Below are positions 48,700 through 57,897 of a DNA stretch of 64,000 bases, piece after piece (the first letter of the stretch is position 1; the number at the start of each line of letters is the position of its first letter). The DNA comes from a virus. Where the stretch lies: positions 32,001 to 96,000 of the IMG/VR virus record IMGVR_UViG_3300034102_001514; one strand, 5' to 3'. Below the pieces are notes generated by a model. That model was not told where the DNA came from. It saw nothing but the letters and a program-made list of their open reading frames with translations, and ran no database searches. The translations under genes and the position numbers were made by a program.

Positions 48700-48843
48700 T
48701 TATCTACCTTGCCCTCTATATTTTTTCTTGTAATTTTTTGAGGACTTTGAGTGTGATGTTTTTGTCTTTGAGTGAACTCCGGGTCTACTTACTTTTGAGC
48801 TACCTCGGAATGAAATTGTTGTTTGGGCTTTGATTTTAGCCAT
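48700..48843 (-). CDS. Very basic micro-protein
   Basis: Read manually: MAKIKAQTT..RPGVHSKTKTS..KKYRGQGR. Confidence 0.65.
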   Translation of the reverse strand: MAKIKAQTTISFRGSSKVSRPGVHSKTKTSHSKSSKNYKKKYRGQGR

Positions 48844-48858
48844 TTCATATCTCCTGTT

Positions 48859-49677
48859 TTATAGATTGATTTTTTTCACAACTACTTTTATCCTCGGAGT
48901 TCTACCCTCTGGAAGTTTATTCACAACTCCGTGAAACTTTTCTACCTTACTTTCAAAGAAATTTAATTCCAATACTAAATCAGTAAGGTTTAACATCAAT
49001 TGAGATGAAGTAAACATTTTTAGGGTGTCTCTTCTCATATTGAGAGGTGAATCTTGTTTATACAATTGTTTTCTTAAACCTTGTAAAATCTCAATAGCGT
49101 CTTCAACGCCGTCTACCACTTTTTCAGCAGACATCTTTCTGATTTTGGATGATAAATAATCCGGACCTTCGGTGTATCCAGCATCACCATAATGGTATCC
49201 GTGGTTTGTTCTTGCAAAGTTTTCGGAGTCAATATCTCTAACATCAATTTTAGGTGAGTGTTTAGAAGTCATTTCAACTGAAATTACTTTTTGTGGAGTT
49301 CCAATCAAAGTGTGACCTTTTACACCACTATCACCTTTTACTACTTGAACAAGTGTGTCTTTAAGTGTTTTCTTTGAAAGTGCTTCTCTAATTTTTGCAC
49401 CATCCTTTGAAGGTTTACCACCCTTTTTTACAATCTTCTTTTCATTTTCATCATATCCAACCATAAGAGCTGTATTGAGAATACCAATACCATACTCATT
49501 CATCCCTTCGGACCAATCGGTAATGGTATCTCGTAGATATGCTACTTCAACCCCATCAATAATCTCGTGAACCACTTCAAGTTCAGGTTTATAAGCCCTG
49601 TCTCGGTTCTTCGCCATGATAAGAGTATCACCAACCCTCTTGGCTACTATGATACATTCGTTGAGTAGATTTTTCAT
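48859..49677 (-). CDS. Ntn-hydrolase (C45/C59-like) with 7-aa leader
   Basis: MKNLLNE-CIIVA, AKNRD, EGMNEYGI, RTNH. Confidence 0.78.
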   Translation of the reverse strand: MKNLLNECIIVAKRVGDTLIMAKNRDRAYKPELEVVHEIIDGVEVAYLRDTITDWSEGMNEYGIGILNTALMVGYDENEKKIVKKGGKPSKDGAKIREALSKKTLKDTLVQVVKGDSGVKGHTLIGTPQKVISVEMTSKHSPKIDVRDIDSENFARTNHGYHYGDAGYTEGPDYLSSKIRKMSAEKVVDGVEDAIEILQGLRKQLYKQDSPLNMRRDTLKMFTSSQLMLNLTDLVLELNFFESKVEKFHGVVNKLPEGRTPRIKVVVKKINL

Positions 49678-49688
49678 ACCTATAAATA

Positions 49689-50087
49689 TCAGTTAAGAGC
49701 GTCTTCCAATGATTTTTTTAGGGCTACTGAAAACTCGGTTCTTTCAAATGGTAATTCTTCATCTTGTAATTGCATTAAGGTAGCAGCCACATTTGTTTTT
49801 GCCTTACCAATACCATAATACTCTTTACCATTCATTACCACTTTGGTTTTTACAACAGTCTTTTTTGACTTAAATTCAAATGGTCCAATCTGAATACCTG
49901 TGGTTGGAGCATCTACTGAAATGATAGTCACTTCTACGGGCTTACCACCATCACAAAGTGAGTATTTCTGACCAACCAACTCGGTTGTAATTTGTCTTGC
50001 ACCAAAGGTTAGTTTTTCAGCCGGAACTCCTGGTAAACTTGCTAATGAAATTACCGATGAAATAAAATAACATACCACTGCGTTCAT
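49689..50087 (-). CDS. Secreted small protein, possible CsgG/TolB_N-like fold
   Basis: Hydrophobic N-terminus; helix-beta-meander-helix pattern ending FSVALKKSLEDAL. Confidence 0.5.
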   Translation of the reverse strand: MNAVVCYFISSVISLASLPGVPAEKLTFGARQITTELVGQKYSLCDGGKPVEVTIISVDAPTTGIQIGPFEFKSKKTVVKTKVVMNGKEYYGIGKAKTNVAATLMQLQDEELPFERTEFSVALKKSLEDALN

Positions 50088-51250
50088 TGTATTCTCCTTG
50101 CGTTTGGACTTGTTTGATTTCTATGCTTGCCAGTTCCCATAATATAAAATTGATTTTGATTTTGAATTGTTCTATTTTGGGATGGAAAGTATGTGTTATA
50201 ATAATTAGTTGTTGGATTAGCTTCTATGGTAGTTTTTTCTGATTGAGTGAAAATATATTTGTTATGTAATGAATTTGATTTCAACAATGTATAACAAAAG
50301 TTTATATCATCCCAACTAAAAGTTGATGAGTTATTACAATCACAAGTATAGAAATCCCAACTTTGTAAATCATTTGGAAATGCTTTCATATACATCATAT
50401 AAATCATATCATTATCAGTAATAGTATGAAACTTTTGAGATACATCAATACTGACTCTATATTGTTTGTTAGATGGGTTGGATACTACAACTTGCCCATT
50501 TACATTTGTGTTTTGAGTTGATACCACAGCCCAATTCCCTTGGGTTTGTGAGGTTGTAAATTTAAAAGAAGTTCCAGCCACATAACTTGTAGTTGTAATA
50601 TAATTAACACCTAACCAAGCAGTTCCGCTTGAAATACCCATCTGCTCTTGGTTTGAACCATCAGCAGTGAATGCTCTCATAACCACATAAAATTCAGTTG
50701 GTTGATTTTTTAAAAAATACAAATCCCATATTACATTAACACCGCTCTGATTGTACCTACAATTACCTTCGTACCTAACTCTAAACACATCACCCCAAGT
50801 CACATCGGTATAGGTTTCAGTTGAAACTTTAGACATATTATTATCAGTAGCTCCATTATCAACTGAAGTAATGTGAATTGTAGGAACGGTTGGATTGGTT
50901 GCGTTTCCTTGATAACCTGAGCTACTTGTTGTTCCAAAACCAAACCACGAATTTGAATTAACGTGACCTTGGGTGTAAATAGTTGAACCTATTGTTGGAG
51001 TAAATCCGCTTGGAAATGTTACTGCGGCTGACGCCTCATCGGAGTTTGCGGTACTGAACAACGTAGTTCCCCCAGCCCCTCTATCCGCTGGAATATATAG
51101 TGTTTGTGATTGAACTGTTCCTGTTAATCCACCTGCGGTAAAATGTTCTACTGTAATTGGAATACCACTAACATCCTGTGTTCCGATTGGAGTCAGAGTT
51201 ATAGTTTGTGCTGCTACATTTAGGGGTAATATGATGAACCACCATTTCAT
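50084..51250 (-). CDS. Secreted protein: split CnaB-like domain with nidogen-like insert plus dockerin-like domain
   Basis: Signal peptide; VNSNSWFGF insert; TNVNGQ; ITDNDM..DCNNSSTFSWDDI. Confidence 0.6.
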   Translation of the reverse strand: MKWWFIILPLNVAAQTITLTPIGTQDVSGIPITVEHFTAGGLTGTVQSQTLYIPADRGAGGTTLFSTANSDEASAAVTFPSGFTPTIGSTIYTQGHVNSNSWFGFGTTSSSGYQGNATNPTVPTIHITSVDNGATDNNMSKVSTETYTDVTWGDVFRVRYEGNCRYNQSGVNVIWDLYFLKNQPTEFYVVMRAFTADGSNQEQMGISSGTAWLGVNYITTTSYVAGTSFKFTTSQTQGNWAVVSTQNTNVNGQVVVSNPSNKQYRVSIDVSQKFHTITDNDMIYMMYMKAFPNDLQSWDFYTCDCNNSSTFSWDDINFCYTLLKSNSLHNKYIFTQSEKTTIEANPTTNYYNTYFPSQNRTIQNQNQFYIMGTGKHRNQTSPNARRIQ

Positions 51251-51251
51251 T

Positions 51252-52241
51252 TCAATAACTTAAAGTAGATTGATTATTATATCCTGGTGATAATAAATAG
51301 AAATTAGAAGTTCCTCCCGATGTTGGAGTAAATGTATAGTTTGTTGTTAGTCCGGGTATGGTGTTTCTTAAATCTGATGTACCCGTATTTAGGGAAGTCC
51401 ATTGTGAGTTTGTGAATAATAATGTTGACTTTGTGAATGGTGTTCCATTTATTCTATCAGCAACTATACACACATCCCCAACCGTAAGTTTACCATCATT
51501 ATTCAAATCGTACTTATGGTAATGAAAAGGCTTTAATGCTGTCTTTCCTAATACCACATCACCCGGTCCATCAAAGTCTGAAATAGATGGGTTTGTAGAT
51601 ACTGTTGGAACTACTACCTCAATATACCACTCCACCGAAGGATTCGTTGGTCTACTAAAAGAATACTGACCACTAGCATTTGTAACCGAAGTAGCATCTA
51701 AAGTCCAAGCCGTTGTTGTAACAATGTATTCAAATTCTAATACATAAGGTAGTGAAAAATTGTTTGGTAAATCATTCCATCTACCCCCACCAACAAATTG
51801 TACATAGTCTTCATTACCCACGTTGTTGGGCTCTCCAGGATTCCAAGAAGAATATGAATAAGTCTCTCCGGTTACCCATCTCCAAACACCTTCAGTAACT
51901 TCATCAGTTAAACCTATCCACCCAGAAGGCCATAAATTAAATATAAAATTATTTTCAGCAGCTGAAGTTACCGTTACAAGGTGGCCACCCATTGCTTCAC
52001 AGTTTGCTTTCGCCGTAGACCAGAACGCATTACCGGTTGAGCGGTAGTAGGAGTGTCCGTTGTAGTTCTGCTGATTTGTAAATCCGGTTATCACCGGAGT
52101 AACTCTTTTGTATAGGTTTACTGTTACGCCTGGTATTCCGGTTCCCACATCAGTTCTAATAGTGCCAGAATGAGTAAAATTTTGCCCTAAAAGAGATAAG
52201 GGTAGAATTAGTAGGATTAGTATTTTTGATTTAAAAATCAT
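51252..52241 (-). CDS. Secreted C-type lectin plus dockerin-like protein
   Basis: Signal peptide; C..MGGHLVTV, WIGL, WNPGEPNN, WND; TNASGQYSF; YDLNNDGKLTVGDV. Confidence 0.82.
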   Translation of the reverse strand: MIFKSKILILLILPLSLLGQNFTHSGTIRTDVGTGIPGVTVNLYKRVTPVITGFTNQQNYNGHSYYRSTGNAFWSTAKANCEAMGGHLVTVTSAAENNFIFNLWPSGWIGLTDEVTEGVWRWVTGETYSYSSWNPGEPNNVGNEDYVQFVGGGRWNDLPNNFSLPYVLEFEYIVTTTAWTLDATSVTNASGQYSFSRPTNPSVEWYIEVVVPTVSTNPSISDFDGPGDVVLGKTALKPFHYHKYDLNNDGKLTVGDVCIVADRINGTPFTKSTLLFTNSQWTSLNTGTSDLRNTIPGLTTNYTFTPTSGGTSNFYLLSPGYNNQSTLSY

Positions 52242-53055
52242 AATTACACCCTATTGAAAATATATACGGAGTTGCTTTACGGAACCCAAGATTTTTATCT
52301 GAAATAGAGTATGTATAACAACTTCTAATTTTAGTACCAAGTATAAATTTTTCAGTCAGTTTATATTTTAATGAAGCTCCATAGTAGGCATTAAGATTGA
52401 AGTCATCCCAATACCAGATGTCTAACGCACCTTCAAATCCATCTAAATTAAAGTAGTGAGTTCTTATAGAAGACAGTAAAAATACTTCAGGTCCTACTAC
52501 AAATCTACCATATTCAAAGTCTTTCATTCCAATCAACATAATACTATACTTTGTGTATGATGCTGCCGGATAAAATTCATCAAACAAATAAAAATCATCG
52601 TGCGTATTATCTCTGATGAAGAAAGTGTATCCAAGTTTGGTATTATCTTTAAACTTGTAAATTTGATTAAAGTATGGACTTATTGCTACAGCAGAATGGT
52701 CAGCAAATGCCGATATTGTAATTCCGTATGATGTGGTTCTATCTACATTTTTAACAGTTTTAACTCTACTATGACTATATCCAACTTTGGTGTATTTAAA
52801 GAAGGGAGTATTGGATACAAACACTCCGTTTGTTATATTATGCTTACCCCATTCATAGGTTAAGTTATAACTCAATATACTCATATCACCTAATAAACCA
52901 ACTGATATATTAGAGCTACTCATAATATCAGTATCAAAATCAATATATTGTATTGAAGTTATATCTGATATTGTTTGTGTATTCTCCGAAGTTTGAGAAT
53001 AAGTCTGAATTGATACTAATAGTATAAAAATCGGAGTTAAAACAAACTTTTTCAT
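52231..53055 (-). CDS. Putative outer-membrane beta-barrel protein
   Basis: Signal peptide, alternating aromatic strands, C-terminal ..IGCNYDF. Confidence 0.65.
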   Translation of the reverse strand: MKKFVLTPIFILLVSIQTYSQTSENTQTISDITSIQYIDFDTDIMSSSNISVGLLGDMSILSYNLTYEWGKHNITNGVFVSNTPFFKYTKVGYSHSRVKTVKNVDRTTSYGITISAFADHSAVAISPYFNQIYKFKDNTKLGYTFFIRDNTHDDFYLFDEFYPAASYTKYSIMLIGMKDFEYGRFVVGPEVFLLSSIRTHYFNLDGFEGALDIWYWDDFNLNAYYGASLKYKLTEKFILGTKIRSCYTYSISDKNLGFRKATPYIFSIGCNYDF

Positions 53056-54509
53056 AACATCATCTTCGTACCGGTCATTACTTGATAATTTAAAATTTCA
53101 GCACCCAACTGATAAGCACCACTAAAAGATACACTCCATTTGAATTTATCAGTTAGTTTAAAATCCATATTTGTTAGAGGAACTAATATGAATCCGGACT
53201 TATACCATTGGCCCTCATAATAAAAGACATACGGACTATAAATACCTAATAACATTATATTAGAACTAAATGACTTACCACCTTTGAAATTTGTAAATGT
53301 CCCACCTACCAAAGATAGGTTTTGGAAATCACTTTTACCCAATGAACCAAATGTATAGTTTAAACCCAACAACCAAGTCATAGGACCCGTCTTTTGGGCG
53401 TTTAAGAATGAGCCGGTATTAAACCAATCAGTTTGAAAGTTAGTCATAATAGAGTTGGAAAACACTCCCATATAACCTTTTGCTTTAAAACTACCATACA
53501 AGGTTAGGTTAGCCACATTCTCTCCGGTCTGATAGTTGAATGCAGCGCCCTTGATAAAGTTTTGTTTTGTGTTAACGTGAGTTAGTGATAGGTTTACTTT
53601 TAAATTGTCTTTGCCCGTATCTTGGATATTTGCTGAGTTTCTAATCACAACAATATCACCCGCACCAATTAAAGCACCTCTTGCAATACGTTCTTGTTTG
53701 GATTTGGATTTACCACCACCTCCACCACCACCTTCGGATGATGATGACTCCGACTCACCACCACTTGCGGTTGTTGTAGAACTTTCACCCACAGCACCTT
53801 GTTCGGCTCCACCACCTTCGGTTGAACCACCACCGCCGGAAGATGGTAATGAACCACCACCACCTTCGCCTTGTCCCGATGCGGGTTGTCCACCGCCGGA
53901 GCCACCACCACCAGATGGAGTTCCACCGCCCGAACCGCTACCGCCGGTTGAACCGCCACCAGAACCACCACCACTTGATGAACTACCGCCGCCGGTTGGT
54001 GGTTTTGTTCCGCCACCGGAACCAGTACCACCTGATGTAGATGAATTACCACCGGCTCCGTTTTCACCGGGGTCTCCACCGCCGGAACCACCACCCATAT
54101 CACCACCCATACCACCACCGATATTTCCAGCAGCACCTGAAGCGGAACCGCTTACTGAAGTGGCTATACCAACAATGTTTGTGATGTTTATTGCGGAGTT
54201 TGTTCCAATCGCAGCATTTGAATTGTTTGCGTTTTGCCCACCATTACCCGAACAAGGGTTTGAACCCGGTGGAAATTGAGCGTTAATAGCAGCAACCCAC
54301 GTTTCATACGCTCCGGCTTGTAATTGAGCTGCTGTAAAAGTTTGATATTGACCAGCGTAGAAAAGCGTGACTGAACCGCTGGGTTGTGAGATTGTAACTG
54401 TGTTTAATATCCCTGTACAGGGGTCGGTGTAACTATACTGATATGTTTGTGCAGTTACACCAAAACCCAATACAAGAAATAGAAAAATTATCCAATGTTT
54501 ACCATCCAT
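53052..54509 (-). CDS. Secreted protein with long Gly/Ser linker and C-terminal beta-barrel-like domain
   Basis: Signal peptide, two-Cys N-domain, about 150 aa G/S-rich tract, amphipathic strands. Confidence 0.65.
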   Translation of the reverse strand: MDGKHWIIFLFLVLGFGVTAQTYQYSYTDPCTGILNTVTISQPSGSVTLFYAGQYQTFTAAQLQAGAYETWVAAINAQFPPGSNPCSGNGGQNANNSNAAIGTNSAINITNIVGIATSVSGSASGAAGNIGGGMGGDMGGGSGGGDPGENGAGGNSSTSGGTGSGGGTKPPTGGGSSSSGGGSGGGSTGGSGSGGGTPSGGGGSGGGQPASGQGEGGGGSLPSSGGGGSTEGGGAEQGAVGESSTTTASGGESESSSSEGGGGGGGKSKSKQERIARGALIGAGDIVVIRNSANIQDTGKDNLKVNLSLTHVNTKQNFIKGAAFNYQTGENVANLTLYGSFKAKGYMGVFSNSIMTNFQTDWFNTGSFLNAQKTGPMTWLLGLNYTFGSLGKSDFQNLSLVGGTFTNFKGGKSFSSNIMLLGIYSPYVFYYEGQWYKSGFILVPLTNMDFKLTDKFKWSVSFSGAYQLGAEILNYQVMTGTKMML

Positions 54510-55239
54510 TTTGTTCCATACGCTTGATGAGGTTCATTGTAGCAACCTCCAAAGCGCGTTGTGTAGAGATACCTACGGTAGAGTTATCAAATCCCATAGT
54601 TGGATTTTTAAAATAACCCTCACCAACTTGAGTAGATGTTCCTTGACCCGATGCTACAATATATTGTGAATTATCCACATTTACCATGCGGATTTGAATA
54701 CCAATAATTGTAGTGTTGGTCTTACTCAATTTACCCTTGTCGTAAGTTTCAGCGTAAGATACTGAAAAGTCATAGATTTCAGCATACACAATATACTTTG
54801 GCAATACCACAGAACCAACATTTAATTTTGTTTTACCATCACCAAGACCTTGTAAGTCTTTTTCCCAAGTATCCAACATTTGGTTTACAATGGCTTCTTT
54901 TTCTTCAGCATAAGTAAACCTGTTAGTTACCTCAAGGTTCTCTACAATACGATTAGAAACACCCATACCAACTCGTTTATCACGCAGTTCAGGAAACATA
55001 TCCCAAAGTTCTTTATTTACATTAAGATTAGCAAGTTGAACTACTTGTTTTTCACCAGTATAAGCTGATAATGTATTTAATGGTTGCGATTGTTCAAACT
55101 CGGCTTTGTATGCTTCCGTAGAAATAGATGACTTACAAGAAGTAGCCATCGTTCCTACAAGTACCATACCGCCTATTACTACTAATATTCCTAGAGGTGC
55201 GAAGATAAGTTCTAAAATTTCATCTTTACGAGTTCTCAT
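54499..55239 (-). CDS. CsgG/HfaB-family lipoprotein
   Basis: Lipobox-like ATSC; GMGVSNRIVE.L..TNRF, YIV.AEI.DF, IQIRMVNV..SQ. Confidence 0.72.
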   Translation of the reverse strand: MRTRKDEILELIFAPLGILVVIGGMVLVGTMATSCKSSISTEAYKAEFEQSQPLNTLSAYTGEKQVVQLANLNVNKELWDMFPELRDKRVGMGVSNRIVENLEVTNRFTYAEEKEAIVNQMLDTWEKDLQGLGDGKTKLNVGSVVLPKYIVYAEIYDFSVSYAETYDKGKLSKTNTTIIGIQIRMVNVDNSQYIVASGQGTSTQVGEGYFKNPTMGFDNSTVGISTQRALEVATMNLIKRMEQNGW

Positions 55240-55634
55240 TACTTACCAGCTTCCTTGGCTTCTTTTTCAGCTTTTAGTCTTGCAACTCTTTCAGCAATTG
55301 TTTCCTTTTTTTCAACCACAGGAGCAGCAGCTGCCGCAGGTTGTTGAGCAGGAACTTCTCTGATGATTTCTCTTGTATGAGTACCACCGCCTGAATTACT
55401 TTGCTGTTGAGTGTTATTATTTTCAAGGTTAATAACCACAGGAGCTGCAGCAGGTTGTTGTTGAAACTGTTGAACTTGTTCAGTTTTTACATCGGACTCT
55501 TCTTCTACACCAAAAATTTTATTGATGTTTGTACTTGCCCAGATTCCAAAACCTGTAACAGCGGTTCCAGCTATGCCGAGGATGGTCTTTTTAAGACCTG
55601 ATAATCCACCTTCTTGTTGTTCTTCTGACATCAC
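55239..55634 (-). CDS. Single-TM protein with Q/P/A-rich tail
   Basis: One hydrophobic helix then low-complexity region. Confidence 0.7.
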   Translation of the reverse strand: MMSEEQQEGGLSGLKKTILGIAGTAVTGFGIWASTNINKIFGVEEESDVKTEQVQQFQQQPAAAPVVINLENNNTQQQSNSGGGTHTREIIREVPAQQPAAAAAPVVEKKETIAERVARLKAEKEAKEAGK

Positions 55635-55651
55635 TTCTTCCTTATTTTAAA

Positions 55652-55900
55652 TTAACCTAATTCTTCTTCATCTTTTTTCTTGCCACCGAAAATCTTTCCA
55701 GCTTCAGCAATACCAAAAGCGCCTAAAGTAATCATTACGAATGAATTGAAAATAGTGTCAGAGATGATTAGCTGTTGACCCATAATACCTGTTACTACAT
55801 CAGCGCCGGCGAAGATAGCCATAACTGAAAATGACAAAAATCCCACGATTGTTTTTTCATTAAAATCGTTTTTGTCTTTAAAAATGTCACTAAATGCCAT
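55652..55900 (-). CDS. 2-TM membrane protein (holin-like)
   Basis: Two TM helices, charged C-terminus; near endolysin. Confidence 0.55.
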   Translation of the reverse strand: MAFSDIFKDKNDFNEKTIVGFLSFSVMAIFAGADVVTGIMGQQLIISDTIFNSFVMITLGAFGIAEAGKIFGGKKKDEEELG

Positions 55901-55914
55901 ATTTTTCCTTTTTA

Positions 55915-57834
55915 TTAATATTTAACAATTTTCACAACTTTTTCTCTATCCGCCGCAACTAACTTAACAAAGTATACTCCATTTGGTAGGTCTTTAACAT
56001 TTATTCCGTGTAGTTGGAAACCAATGTCCGTAATCTTTGTTTGGTAAACTTGTGATACTTGACCGTTGATGTTGTAAATTACACCAGTAAAGTCAGAATT
56101 TCTATACTCGTTAAAGTGTTCAATCACTAACCAACCATCAGTAAGGTCAGTAACGGGATTTGGATACACTTTAAATCCGGTCATCAATTCAGCAAGGTCA
56201 GGATTCATTGAGTTTCTATTCACTACCGAACCATCGTTTGGTGATGGTTTAACTGATAGGTCTTCTGCTTTTTCATTACCAGCAGATTTGTCAAAGATTC
56301 TCAAAGGCGAGGTCTGCCATCCAAGTGGATTAATAACATTAAATACAAATGTGAATTGATTAGTCATTGTTTCAACTAACGATGGGTTCATCTTATCCTC
56401 GTGTCCTGCGAAAAATACTCTACCTTTTTCTACTGAAATTAATGATGTCCATTTTGATACATCATCACCAACTTTGATAGAACTAAATTCAAAGATTGTA
56501 GTATCAAACTCAATACCCATTTGAGCAGCACCAATCTTATTACCAAATGTAAACATAGTCACGGGTACTTCCATCTGGTTGTTTGCAATCACCAATTTAG
56601 GAATACGGAATTGAACCGTGTCATCTCTATTAACCATATAAACCGCTGGGTCAAGGATGTATTCAGTTCCATTGCCTGGGTTTGCAATTCTTGCCATAAT
56701 AACAGCAGGGTTGTTATAACCCGTGGTAGTTGCGTCACCTACTACATAAATGTATGGATTAATTGAGTCAAGTGAGTTTACAATAGTATCAATTTGGTAT
56801 CTTCTTGGTGAAGTTGTCCAGTTTGGAGCAGCCGTTGCTGATGTAGCGGTGATATACTCACTTGGCCATAATACTGATACGTTGTTTACGCCTGTAAATA
56901 AACCATCCCAATCCGTAGATTGAAGAGCCAATCTATTAAACACAGCAAATGCGTCAGAAATCGTTACTGTTTGTGATTGGTTTACATCACCTTCATACCA
57001 CTCAATACCACTCAAAGTATCTTGCATTGAAGTGTGGTTTGCTAATTTGTATGCGTCCGTAATTGAAATAGCACCACCATCGGACATAGTGTCAGTTTGA
57101 GCGGTAATTTTTAAGTTCCAAAATGCGGTATCAAGTGGATGTGTAAATGATACTAAACCCAATGCGTTTGTTGAGTCGGATGTAATTGGCTGCCAAGTTG
57201 ATTGTGGAGTTGACTTTAATCTCTTTGATGCTGAGAACCATACTCCTTGTGCTGGAGTTCCATCTGCGTTTTTAACTCTGATTGGGAATGTAATTGGTTG
57301 CATTTGGAATGCTCCACCATAATTGAATAGACCCAAGGTCACATCCGTTCCGTTTCCGGTAGTAGCGAGGTTTGAATACGAGGTAGTTCCCGTAGTAGCC
57401 ATTGAGTTTACCACACCTTGGTATGTAGAACCATGTGTTAATCTTACCTTAAACATAGCACCATCAGACCAATCAAAGTTTTGATTGTTTCCGGTGTAAG
57501 TTCCGATGATATTTACATAATCACCGCTTTTAAAGAACGAACCATACTTGTCTGGTATAGAAAGAGCAGTTGGTCCCCAAAAAACTTGAATATTTGAAAA
57601 CTTTGTGTTATCGTAGAACAATCTGAACTGAACGGCTTTTACAGCACTTGCAGTTGGGTTTGCAAAGTGAATATAAATATCCGTGGTTATAGATGTATCC
57701 TCAAGGGTAAACAAAGTATCAACCAAGATATATGGGCTATTTGAGTTTGGAGCCAGTAATATCTCGGTCTTACCATTTTGTGCTACAGCACCAATTGATA
57801 AAATTCCCAATAAAAGGAATAATAATTTTTTCAT
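55915..57834 (-). CDS. T9SS-sorted scaffoldin-like protein (cohesin - CnaB - dockerin - cohesin - type A CTD)
   Basis: Signal peptide; AVQFRLFYD and AAQMGIEFD cohesin-like strands; GDVNQSQTVTISDA; VYPNPV..LPNGVYFVKL..KIVK. Confidence 0.82.
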   Translation of the reverse strand: MKKLLFLLLGILSIGAVAQNGKTEILLAPNSNSPYILVDTLFTLEDTSITTDIYIHFANPTASAVKAVQFRLFYDNTKFSNIQVFWGPTALSIPDKYGSFFKSGDYVNIIGTYTGNNQNFDWSDGAMFKVRLTHGSTYQGVVNSMATTGTTSYSNLATTGNGTDVTLGLFNYGGAFQMQPITFPIRVKNADGTPAQGVWFSASKRLKSTPQSTWQPITSDSTNALGLVSFTHPLDTAFWNLKITAQTDTMSDGGAISITDAYKLANHTSMQDTLSGIEWYEGDVNQSQTVTISDAFAVFNRLALQSTDWDGLFTGVNNVSVLWPSEYITATSATAAPNWTTSPRRYQIDTIVNSLDSINPYIYVVGDATTTGYNNPAVIMARIANPGNGTEYILDPAVYMVNRDDTVQFRIPKLVIANNQMEVPVTMFTFGNKIGAAQMGIEFDTTIFEFSSIKVGDDVSKWTSLISVEKGRVFFAGHEDKMNPSLVETMTNQFTFVFNVINPLGWQTSPLRIFDKSAGNEKAEDLSVKPSPNDGSVVNRNSMNPDLAELMTGFKVYPNPVTDLTDGWLVIEHFNEYRNSDFTGVIYNINGQVSQVYQTKITDIGFQLHGINVKDLPNGVYFVKLVAADREKVVKIVKY

Positions 57835-57897
57835 AATTTCAAGTCCTATTAGTTGTTGACCCGAAACTTCTTAAAAAAACTCTTTTAAATAACTATC

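Noticed and set aside
53605-54279. 224-aa Pro-rich plus-strand ORF and the other plus-strand ORFs in the track
   Set aside because: Antisense shadows of minus-strand genes (Gly codons read as Pro); no motifs, no plus-strand operon structure
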